Positions 40,233 to 52,069 of a stretch of 64,000 nucleotides of DNA are shown in pieces. How positions within the stretch are numbered: position 1 is the first letter of the stretch; every line of letters starts with the position of its first letter. Position numbers and translations under genes: made by a program. The stretch is from Octopus vulgaris (lineage: Eukaryota): the NCBI GenBank assembly GCA_951406725.2, contig OX597815.1:171926001-171990000 (forward strand), given 5' to 3'. Below the pieces are notes generated by a model. It searched no databases. It was not told the origin of the DNA and saw only the letters and a program-made list of their open reading frames with translations.

Positions 40233-40816
40233 TATTGACATCTAAAAAACTATCAATAAATATTTAAAATTCACCTTACAATAGAATATAAAAAATAGTA
40301 TTCCTTCAAATTTTCATAAATATATTGTAAAGTATGTCTCTGTCATATGTATGAATAAAGGCAATCACCAAATACTTAATTGCCAGTAAAATTAAACTAT
40401 TATCAGAAGTTCTTTTAAATTCTCAAACGCAGTATAATGCTAATAATATAGCCTGAACAGGATAAGCTACCACTATTTTGCAGAAAAAAGTGTTGAATTT
40501 AAACTATTATAGTTTTGAATGTAACAGATCAGTACATCATGCTCAAATTTTGGCATCTATATTGTGGGTTATTTTTCTATTAAACCTTTCACTGTGAAAT
40601 TAAATTTCATGGGTATTCCAATAACGATGTTAAATATCTACCAAAAAATAGAATTGGTTTTTTTCTGCAAGTCATGTTTCTTCAATAAACTTGACATATC
40701 TCAACAAGAAAGTTCAATGATTTTCTTCAACAAAAGATAGATTGATATATAAAACTGCTTTCCACCATTAAGAGTAGTGAAATTTTGAGTAGATATATCT
40801 GACTTCTGCCATAAAA

Positions 40817-41184
40817 TCTCTATATATATAAACGGCAAAATGTCTGTCTGTCTGTGTGTCCTTTATACAAATCCACAATTTTTCAGTTAGAGGGCTCGCA
40901 CTTTCTATGATCATTCAAAACCGTCCAAGGGTGGTCGTGCACATCTTTACATTTCCCCAGTCACCACGCAAAGCCATTAAAAAATCAATAGAAGTGACTT
41001 TTTTGTGAATTTTCTATCCAAAACCCAATCAAAATGCCCAAAACTTCATACGTCAATTGAATGCCAGCTAGCTGTATGTGATTGGTGGGAGATTTGGACA
41101 GTACTCATGTGTATGTGTGCACACACACAGCTGTATATGCATGCACTAGCATTATGACCCGGCGTTGCCGGGTCATAGTGCTAG
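40817..41184 (+). mobile_element. Non-autonomous Helitron
   Basis: A|TCTCTATATATATAAACGG start, 3' hairpin TATGACCCGGC-GTT-GCCGGGTCATA, then CTAG|T. Confidence 0.9.
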
Positions 41185-41809
41185 TGGTTAATAATTTGTT
41201 ATGAAAAGTGTCAGGGATTGCTTATGACAGTTGTAATATAGATAACACTTTATAACAGCTGTAGGTTTTATGAATAATGTTTAGGATCAAATTTTATATA
41301 TTATCATATACATTTCCTTACTCCTTTCTTGTATTTTGTTCTTTTTCTGTCTAATAAACAGACAATTTTGACAACAATTCAATAGAATCAAAAATTCATC
41401 ATCTACTGTAGTCATAGGCCAGCCAATTCCTTGTGGGTGAATTTGATACACAGAAACAGTGTGGGAGAATATCATATATATATGTGTGTGTGCATGCACG
41501 CACACACACAAACACACATACATGTATAAATATATATGTATGTGTGTGTATATTTGTCATCTCCACCCACCAATGCTTGACAACCAATGCAAGGTTGTTT
41601 CCATTCCCATAAATTAACAGTTTGACATAGGAGACCAACAGAATAAGTTGCATACTTAAAGCAACTAAATACTGGTGTTGATTTGTTTGATTAAATCCTT
41701 CCTGTTCAATGACTGAAACGAGTCAGAGAAAAATTTTAAGTTAAAGTGACTTATAAGTACTTTTGTTCATTATTGGAAACTCCAGCTTCTTTTGATCGCT
41801 ATTTAATTT

Positions 41810-42026
41810 TTACTCTTTTACTAGTTTCAGTCATTTGACTGTGGCCATGCTGGAGCACTGCCTTTAGTCGAGCAAATTGACCCCTGGACTTATTCTTTGT
41901 AAGCCTAGTACTTATTCTATTGGTCTCTTTTGTCGAACCACTAAGTTACAGGGACGTAAACACACCACCATCAGTTGTCAAGCAATGTTGGGGGAACAAA
42001 CATAGACACAGAAACATATACACACG

Positions 42027-42078
<52 letters not shown>

Positions 42079-42250
42079 TACATATATACAACAGGCTTCT
42101 TTCAGTTTCCATCTACCAAATCCACTCACAAGGCTTTGGTCAGCCTGAGGCTATAATAGAAAACACTTGCCCAAGGTGCCATGCATTGGGACTGAATCCG
42201 GAACCATGTGGTTGATAAATAAGCTACTTACCACACAGCCACTCCTATGC
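41810..42250 (-). mobile_element. tRNA-derived SINE, near full length
   Basis: Near-identical to 1490-1876. Confidence 0.85.
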
Positions 42251-43104
42251 CTGGTAACAAACTCAAGGAAGCTAATAATATGGGTACAAATACAAACCTA
42301 TAATTACAGCTTAGAAATTATAGATTCTAAGGCAACTATCCCCAAATATTTTCTTTGCATTGTATTATCATATATCATTGAATTTTACTGAAGAAGACCA
42401 CTGTTAACATTTTATCTATTTTTCTCAGAAGACTGTATTTGGATTTATCACACACACAGTACATACTGTAATGCGGTTGGTATTAAGGAAGGGCATCCAG
42501 CAGTAGAAACCATGCCAAAGCAGACTAAAACTGGAGTATGATGTTGTCCTAGGACCCATCGGATCCTGTCAATCTTCCCAGTCCATGTCAGCATGGAAAA
42601 AAGGATATTAGATGAGGATGATGGGAAAAAAGCATTAGAAGGAGATGATGACAATAATGGTGATGAAGCAACAGCAGCAGCAGCAGCATTTGATGGAAAT
42701 TTAATTAGTTGGCTCTATTAAAATTGCTTAGTTTGATAATGAGTATAATTTTGATTGAGGATGCATTTCTCTAATATTTGTAATTCTCTCACTAGAAGAG
42801 TTCTTCAAACAGACAGTTTTATGTATGCTATCATGATATCATTGTAACTCAAAAGAAGATAATATTTTGATGACATTTTAGAGCACAGATTCTAATCTGT
42901 CTTATACAAGTCAACATTTTGTTTCATAGTCAAGTCTTATATCTTCTATATCTCGTTTGTTTCAAAAGTATTTTATAGTTATCTCTAGTTCATAGATAAC
43001 CTTTAAAGTGTGACGTGTTGCAGTGAAAGCTTAGTCTCCTTGTTAATGTTTGTTTCATTTTTCAAGCTTACATACGTGTATGTGTATGTGAATGTTTATA
43101 TGTG

Positions 43105-43137
<33 letters not shown>

Positions 43138-44240
43138 GTGCAGGTGTGACTGTGTGCTTAAGAAACTTGTTTCTTAACCCTTTGATCTCAGATTCAATCT
43201 CATTGTATAGCATCTTAGGCATGTGTCATCTACTGTAGCCGTGGGCTGACCAATGGCTTCTAAGTGGATTTGGTAGGCAGAAACTGAAAGAAACAAGAAG
43301 GCAGGAAAGAAAAAAATCAACCAAATAGATAACAACACACTTACATTACTATTACTACTATTCACCAATGTTTATCATTCATTCATTCACTTCTCCTCAT
43401 GAGTCCTCATGTAAGTCCTCGGGCTACCAAAAGCAATATAGATGAGAGCACGAGCATGACTTATTAAACTAGCATGTGATCTAGCTGATAAATCACAATG
43501 TGGACAATATATTATATATATATATATATATATGCATGTGTGTGTTTGTTTGTACCCTTGCCTTGAGATCATGTGATGGATGTGAAGAAGCATTACCATC
43601 ATACCAGTGATGATCACTTCAAGTCTTCTGTGAAAAACATAAGTGGCTATAATATTGTGCTTGGAAACCGATGAGGATTGTTGAGAGGAAAGGCACCCTG
43701 CTATAGAAAGGCTGCCTTAACAAATTTTTTCTGACCTATGCGAGCACTGATGGGCTTTAGAACCAACCTTATTCATTTTGGGACGAGGCCTGCACATTTT
43801 TAGGGGAGGGATAAGTTGATTATATTGACCTCAGTATTTTACTGGTATTTCATTTTATCATCCTCAGAAGGGCGAAAGGTGAAGCTGACCTCAGCTAAAT
43901 TTGAGCTCAGAATATAAAGACCTGAAAGAAATACTGTTAAGCATTTTCTCCAATGTGCTAATAATTCTGCCAGTTTACAACTTTAATAACAATAATAACA
44001 ATCCTTTCTACTATAGGTACAAGGAATTTTTTTTTTTTTTGAAGGTGGGGGCTAGTTGATTACATCAACCGCAGTATTTGACTGGTATTTATTTTATCAA
44101 CCCCAAAAGGATGAAAGGTAAAGTCGACCTCAGCAGAATTTGAACTCAGAACTTAAAGCCCAAAAAATAGCTGCTAAGCATTTTGTCCAATGCAGTAGCA
44201 ATTCTACCAGCTTACTGCCTCAATAATAATAAAAATGATG

Positions 44241-44276
<36 letters not shown>

Positions 44277-44279
<3 letters not shown>

Positions 44280-44835
44280 GCCCTGATGCAGTACCAGGCA
44301 GCAGCTCTCATGGCTTCTGATCTTAACTGATTGGAAGTGTTATCATGTACATTGTTTTGTCTTGGTATAAAAGATGGGCTACAGCAAATATTCTGCTCAA
44401 TACCACAGATTTGCTTGTCAGTTGTTTGACCTTAACCAGTTGAGCATGTCCCTTGGTGGCTGACGATATGTGCATCTCTGATCACGAGCAGAAGTAGTGG
44501 GGGAGCATCATAGTCACATGTTGAGAGGAATTCTTTGGGGTTTGGATAATTCACCTCTGGAAACATGGGTGGTTCTTTCAACATCCTTAAACAACCCTTA
44601 TTCAGGGACCTTTTGAGTGGAATGGGCTACTCAACCTGAAGAATATTCTAACTGGGCCCCACCTGCAAGGTCATGCGCTGTTTATCTTGATATGAGATCA
44701 CCATGTTGTGCACATATGGTTGTGGTGCATGTGCCTAGTGTACCCTTATCAGACGGGTAGTCATGATGGGTATGCTGGGCTTCGTATATTTGTACCCTAG
44801 TGTCACTTTGATGGCATGCACTGCTCTCTCACTCA
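44277..44835. mobile_element. Interspersed element inserted in an (AAT)n tract
   Basis: About 560 bp of higher-GC sequence flanked on both sides by (AAT)n. Family not assigned. Confidence 0.55.
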
Positions 44836-44861
44836 ATAATAATAATAATAATAATAATAAA

Positions 44862-45445
44862 ACTGAGTTCCTTTCGAGTGTTGGGCCTGGGCTTCGTGGA
44901 GACAAAGTGGCTTGAGTTCCTTTCAAGCCTTGGGCCTCATGGAGGCAAGTGCTGAATTGCTTTTGAGCATTGGGCCTCACATAGGTAAGTGGCTTAGTTC
45001 CTTTCGAGTGTTGGACTCCATGGAGGCAAGTGACTGAGTTCCTTTCAAGTGTTGGGTCCCATGGAAGCAAGGTCGCTGAGTTCCTTTGAGCATTGGACCT
45101 CAGGAAGGCAAGTGGCTGAGTTCCTTTCAAGTGTTGGGCCTTACAGAGGCAATGACCAAGACTTTCAATATTATGTCGTGCTTGAGAAGAAGACCCATGA
45201 AGCTGAGCAAGATCTGTCATGGCAGATACCAACGTCATGCAAATGGCACCCTTGCTGGTGGCACATAAAAACAGCCATTACACTCTCAGAATGGTTGGCA
45301 TTAGGAAGGACATCTAGCCATAGAAAACTATGCCAAATCAGACTGGAGCCTGGTGCTGCTTTCCAGTATGGCAGCTTGGTCAAACCGTCCAACCCATGCC
45401 AGCATGGACAATGGATGTTAAATGGTGATGATGATGATGATGATG
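44862..45445 (+). mobile_element. RTE-associated SINE with about seven copies of a ~37-bp tandem unit
   Basis: CTGAGTTCCTTTCGAGTGTTGGGCCTCATGGAGGCAAGTG-like units and a (GAT)n tail. Confidence 0.8.
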
Positions 45446-46249
45446 AAACTATGCAATATTCTGTTATCCATCCACAGAAATATTGAGTTAGTGGTTTATT
45501 TAGCTTGGTTGCAAATAATGCTTGTTAAAGCTGTTTAGTAGTCTAAGTAGCATAGAGTATGATACTTTTGAAGCCAAGACTCCTACACACTGTTCTAACT
45601 TGACATGGTAACTGAAATCTTGATAAAAGCATGGGTACATGTGTTTTAAATCAGAATGGATTTTCACAGTTGTAGTATATAGATGCAGTTTATTTGTTTA
45701 ACATTTCTTTTAGATAAAACTAAATTCACTACATGTTGACATGGTTCAATTTTTGGGCTTACCTGTTTACATTTGGAGTTAATGTAAACTCTACTCTTGT
45801 TATTTAATGGTGAAAAAGTTCCAGAATTCCTACTTCAGCATTTTATGTCTAACCTGTATCATCATCTTCATCATTGACACTGTCATCATTGCCATCATCA
45901 CTGCTGCTGCTGTCATTTTAGCATCCACCTTTCCATATTTGCATTGATCAGACAGAGTTTATTGATGCTGATTTTTATACTTTTCTTGTTGTCAACCTTC
46001 ACCTGTTCCCTGACAAGGTATCATTTCCTCATAGCCCGACCCATTTCCACCAAAGATTGAAAACAAATTACTGTTTACAACTATTGTGCAATGTCAAGGA
46101 CAAGAGGACTCAAGCACACACACACTCATATGTATTATTGATTGCACATACTGAATGTGTGTGTGTGTGCTTTATTAACCAGTTCACTGTAATATAGCAC
46201 TTATGGGATGACTTCCTCATAATGCTGTGTGTGTGTGTGTGTGTGTATG

Positions 46250-46302
<53 letters not shown>

Positions 46303-46336
46303 GTTTGGAGATGATGTACAGGTATTATATATTAGA

Positions 46337-46494
46337 GGAAATAAGGTACTCAGAAATCTGGATGGTTTTATATTTACAGATATTTATTAATATGTTACAT
46401 GTTTTTATAAATCATATATTAGCGCTTGCATCCACTCTAGTGGAGTCATCAGATTCAACATAAAACCATCCAGATTTCTGAGTACCTTATTTCT
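46337..46494. mobile_element. Small fold-back element with decayed hammerhead in the loop
   Basis: About 34-bp perfect IR GAAATAAGGTACTCAGAAATCTGGATGGTTTTAT. Minus strand reads CUGAUGA CUCCAC UAGA GUGGAU GCAA GCGC UA. Confidence 0.7.
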
Positions 46495-47865
46495 TTTAAC
46501 ATATATATATATATATATATATGTTAGTGCAAACAGGAAAAATAGATCTCAGAATATGAGTAAATGTATATTTTTATTAATATTTAGCAGAAGCAACAGA
46601 GTGGCTGCCAACGCACGAAATTCTTGAACCTTGAGTCACTTTGTTACTTCTGCTAAATATTAATGTGTGTGTGTGTGTGAGATGGGCTTCTTTCAGGTAT
46701 TGTCACCCAAATCCTCCCACAATGTTTTGGTTGGCCTGGAGCTATAGTGAAAGACACTTGCCCAAGGTGCCACACATTCAAAATGACACTGAATCCACTA
46801 GGCTCTTAACCATATTTCTTCAGCATACAAAATTACAGTATACCTTAAATATTCTCTTTACATGTTTTGATATTGAATGATGAATCAATTAATTTTCAGT
46901 GTGCATGGCCTTGCAAAACAATGTTCTTGCACTGCAGCAAAAGAGACACTTCAGACTGAGAGCTTGTGAATTTAGTATTCAGGGTATAAATAGTTGACAA
47001 AAAGGGACCGTATAAGTATGTGATTGATTTGTTGAGATAGAAAATAAGAGAGCAAAACAAATGGTAAATATATTGTTGGGGCTGTTATTGTTTAAATCTA
47101 GGTCCACACTGATCAAGCAGGCCTATGATCAAAGATATTCTTGTAATAAATAATTTTATCTTTTTTACAAGTAAAATGGAGTACATTATTCACTGCAATG
47201 TTTTCATTTTAAAGAAGTTCAAATGATTTAAGGAAAATTTGGTAGTTATTTCTAACAGGTCAAGTGACCATACAGAGTAACCATTTCTTTGTTTGTGCTA
47301 AATTTCTGAACCCATTGTTGATAGAGGTCTTAGAAATCAGGCACATAAACTGTCCTCATCAAGATGTGTAAAAAGAAAAGATTCCAGCTTACATATGTAA
47401 CTATTATTCATACAGTTTCATGAATACTCATTAAAATGCAGACCCACACAATTTTGTTTTTGCTATTATGTGAAAAGTAAACACAAGTTTGCAGAAGTTA
47501 ATTGAATTGAAAAAATTTATTTATTAACCGCTAACAAATATTTCCTTAAACCTCTTGTTAGCATAATCCTGTTGAAATAAACTACTTTTGGTTCCACTGG
47601 TTTTGACATGAAGAATGTAGTAAAATAATTTTAATGACTTGTAGAGACACCATATTCCGTTATGCAATAATGATATATTACGAACTATATTAAATGCATT
47701 ATAAGTCAATACTGTGTTCTACTGTGTTAGCAGTGCTATTGAATCACTTTTGAATCACTACAGGTTTTCTTCATGATATCAGCATTTCCAAAAAGTATGC
47801 ATGGTTATACACAAGCCATCACCATTGAAAACAAATCATCAGTATGGGTAGACCAACACTTATGA

Positions 47866-47913
<48 letters not shown>

Positions 47914-48107
47914 TATACATATAAAAATAGATAAGTAGTACATCAAAGCACCAATATTTACTGAAAAATAGCAATCAATACAAATATGACGCTATTGTAT
48001 AGCTTCACTGCATATTTACTAGCAAAGATGTGTGTGTGCAACAAAAATGAAAAATTTGTCTTACCTCTAGGAAGAACATTCAATAGATGGACAACCTAGA
48101 ATCAGAT

Positions 48108-48180
48108 AATGCAGGACTGGTTTCTAACTCTTCAAATACGTTTGACACCGAAAAATTGATTAGTCTTCATCAGCTGCATT
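48108..48180 (-). ncRNA. Type I hammerhead ribozyme motif
   Basis: AAUGCAG CUGAUGA AGACU...AGUUA GAAA CCAG UC CUGCAUU. 7-bp stem I and a GUC site. Confidence 0.8.
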
Positions 48181-48477
48181 TACCTAGACAATATTTCAAA
48201 TGTTACCACATCAATGCCAGTATACTCACCTGAACGCCTAGCCGTTAACAGAACGAGAACAGTGAAAGAATTTTCAAAGAAAATAATAATGCAATACAAA
48301 TGTATTACTTTCCAGTAAAATAAAGCCTCATAAGGGTATATATATATATATATGTACACACACGCATACATATCTACACACACACACATATATATATGCA
48401 CACACATATATATACACACACACATATATATATACATACATACACACACACACATATATATATACACACACACACAT

Positions 48478-48515
<38 letters not shown>

Positions 48516-48534
48516 TACTTGCCTCAACAGGTCT

Positions 48535-48740
48535 TCGCAAGCAGAGTTTAGTGACCAATGTAGGAAAGGTATGCACCAGATAAGGGATCGGGGGACCATC
48601 TCAAAGGCTTTCTCCATATCAGCGAAAGCCAGGTACAGAGGTTTATCTTTGGCTAGATATTTCTCCTGCAGCTGTCTTACCAGAAATATAGCATCAGTGG
48701 TGCTTTTCCCTGGCACGAACCCAAACTGCATCTCATCTAA
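48535..48740 (-). pseudogene. RTE LINE reverse transcriptase fragment
   Basis: LDEMQFGFVPGKSTTDAIFLVRQLQEKYLAKDKPLYLAFADMEKAF. Confidence 0.9.
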
Positions 48741-49204
48741 ACTCAAAAATCGACACACATTAAGAAGTATTCTCAAAGATTCCACTTCACATGAGGATTC
48801 TAAGATACCTAATGGGGGCCTTAACTCCCAAATTTTAGTCATTTCTTTTATGATCCAAAACTAGGTCAAAAGTATTGAATGGACTTTTACAAAATTTGGA
48901 AATTATAGTCTATGCATAAGGGCCATAACCCCCGTGACAATTCATATATTTTTGCTGTTGATGAAATTTTAACCATAGATATTAGACACAAATGAAGTAA
49001 TATTTATAAAATTTCATCTTGTTAGAAGTTAGAAAGACCCCTTCATGGGGACTTAACACCCACAATTCCATTCCATATCAGCTACCTCTGATAAGTGCAG
49101 AGTTACATAATTGGATTGTTACCTAACACTCCATTGAATCCCTATCATGAAACTGATTGGTAAAATCAGCTGTAATGTATATATAATACTGTACACTTCA
49201 GATA

Positions 49205-49706
49205 AAATACCCTCTTCATTCATGGGAGTTATTCATTTTTGTAACAAGGAAAAATAGCAACATCGTATTGCCAGGAAATTCATTGTATGCATGAGTATTT
49301 GAAAAAGAAGCAACCCAGACTAGTGAATAGAGATGGCCCAATCTTGCCCCACAACAATGTACATATTCACACTTCTCAAGCTACAGCCCAAAAGTTGCAA
49401 AGCCTGAATTATGAGATTTTGCATCATCCTCCCTATTCCCCTGATATCTCTCCTACTGATCACCCCTTATTAAAGCATTTTGAGCTTTTCATAAGCAATA
49501 AAACCTTCTTAAATAGAGAAGAGGTAATTGAAGCATTCGGACAGTTTATCACAGCTAAAGGTGAATTTATTTTTAAAGATGAAATATACGACATAGAGAA
49601 ATGTTGGGTAAACATAAATGAACATGGATCAATCAGTTCTCAACACCTCTGGAACATTTTATTGTTACCTTTCAAATATGACATTTCATGTGAAACAACC
49701 TAATAT
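49205..49706 (+). pseudogene. mariner transposase C-terminal fragment
   Basis: LVNRDGPILPHNN..H...LNYEILHHPPYSPDISPTD. TIR-like end CAACCTAATA. Confidence 0.85.
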
Positions 49707-50659
49707 ATTGGCTCAGTTGACATGACTGTTATGAATATCTACAAGATACACAAGGGGTCACGTATGACAGGCTAGCATCCTGTTCAAGGTGGATAGGGTA
49801 TCTTACATTCATTTAATTTCATAAAACCAATTCATCGAAAGCTCACATGTTTTATGAGTAACTTGAATTTATATGACATGGTTTATTAGTTATTAGCATT
49901 TGTGACTTCATTCAGCTGTATGGATTACAATCCTGTTGGACATCTGTTATCACTGTTTCATCATCCTCAGCTTTCGTAAAAATAGAACTAAAAATTAAAT
50001 AATATACAGAAGCAAATAATAGACTACCAGTAAATTTTAATGCATTTATTGATACCATTATTTAAATGTCTGTATTTCATCATCCTATAAGTTTCATTGA
50101 TCGCCATCTATATGATTTAATTTGTGAGATCTAATCTTCTTTGATATGTCCTAATAACTTCGCTGCAGGATTTTCTTTGTTTCTAATTAGGTATCATTCA
50201 CATTTTATCCGTGATTCATTTTTTAAAACCATAATATATCAGTCATGCTCAAATTAGTGTTGTTGCATTCTGTGTGGGCATTGGACAATGTATCTCCTCC
50301 CAGTTGCATTCTCCATTTATTTGTGTTAAATGTTACTCCAAAATAAACCTTGAACACCCATCAGATGGATATATTCATAACTTTTTCCTTATCAATCATT
50401 TTAAAATTTTTTGCATTCACCACCTGTATTTCAATACACATCACACTTTTTTACATATACAGTCTAGACTTTTTACTTGTACAATCATAAGGCAGTAAAT
50501 TGGCCAAATTTATAAAGCTCCAGATAAATTGCCTTGTGGTAGTTGCTCTAGTTCTCTGAACTTTTCATGGAAGTACCATCAAAATGAGCTTTGATTTTCA
50601 TCTATTTTTTAGGATTGATAAATAAAATACCAGTCTTGTAATAGGGTGATTCTTCTTTC

Positions 50660-51100
50660 TGTTTTTCTTAAACAAATTAGTCATCTCCATAGCACACATG
50701 TTACAGCTACCCATAACCCTTTGTATGGAAGTGCAGTACACTACTAACTTACTAATAATCCTCATTTTGAGGTCCTAAAGAAATTTAGCTTGTAATATGG
50801 TAAGTGCTTTTGTTTTTGAATGGAATGTACACGATTATGTTATCTGAACTTAAATTTGATTACAATAGCGCTTATATAGCACTGTAATTTATCTGGAGTC
50901 ATAAATGAACATTTATATACTACATTAGTTCTAAAACACTGGTTATTTAAAAGGCACTTATTTGGATCCCTAAAGTTACACATGCTATTTGGAATATTAT
51001 TAGAAAAGTCAGTATTTATTGTATCTATATTATTACTACTATTAGAAAGAGACACAATTGTCATAGTATTATCTTAATAGCTTAAGACATAACATTCACA
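50660..51100 (-). pseudogene. Penelope-type GIY-YIG endonuclease fragment
   Basis: CNFRDPNKCLLNNQCFRTNVVYKC....YISA...FKFR*HN, then ALPYKG..GSCNMCAME. This fits the PLE pattern CNCR..CPL...C...VVY...YIG.T..FK.R..H...PY...C.LC..E. Confidence 0.75.
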
Positions 51101-51934
51101 ATATAATATTTACGTGTATAAGTAAAGGCATGTTCCTCATTACTATTACTATTCAATTTTTTATTGTTAATTGTTACTACATTGTTGGATGGATTTGGTG
51201 TAGTGGAGTACACACATTCTACTGTATGTCTATTAAAGATTTTTTTCTATATCTATGAGGAAAGTGTTTCTCCAGTGCCTTCAATAAGATTCAGGAAATC
51301 TGTGGCTACTTGAATTCAGAAAATGGAGTGGATTGAACTGCATAATATTTCTTTTGTGTAACCTGTTTCCACATGTGTTTTTGCTATTTTGTGTGTGCGT
51401 GCCTGCCTGCGTGCTATCAGTAACAAATTACAATCAAAACAGGATGAATTTAAGGGACAGAATGTTGATTGTCTTTAGATGTTTGCTGACTATTGTTTTC
51501 ATCCAAGAGTTTTGTTCCCTTTTTTTTTTCTTCCTTTTTATTTTTTTACATCTCTGAGATCCATGAACCAGAAATGGTGGTTTCAGACCTGCAGTAATAA
51601 AGATTCCATGTTATACTCTTCCATTCAACCATTTCCAATGATTTTTAATTTACCATTTCACACTTGCAAGGTTCTTAAACTTGAAATTGTTTGGCAACAT
51701 GTATTGGTTGTTATGAGATTGTAGGTGTGTGTGTGTTAGTTTTCACCTTCACTTTGAACAATGTAGTTTGTGCATCCAACAAAATGAATAACTGATCCTA
51801 ATTTTTGTAAAGTACAAAAGCATCTCTAATTTAAGTGAAATTATGAATTAAAATCAGAAATCAATATGTATTTATACTTTGCACTATCTTGTTTATCTTT
51901 GTAGCATTATCATATTTATAATGTTAATTCTATT

Positions 51935-51952
51935 CCCTTGTATCTTTTTCAG
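51935..51952 (+). promoter_or_regulatory. Splice acceptor ahead of the large coding exon
   Basis: Polypyrimidine tract TCCCTTGTATCTTTTTCAG|. Confidence 0.65.
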
Positions 51953-52069
51953 ATGCCGTAATCAATTTTTATATGCTACAGTTCTTCAATGGAAGCTCTC
52001 CCTTGACTATCCAGTATCTCAGATAGAAAACAAAAACAGCATAGAAAAAACGCTTATCGTTCTTTCCTA

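Noticed and set aside
44862-45150. ~37-bp repeats suggestive of a CRISPR array
   Set aside because: Head-to-tail units with no unique spacers, inside a eukaryotic SINE.
47800-47850. Minus-strand CTGATGA with a distant GAAA
   Set aside because: No convincing stems I or II could be built.
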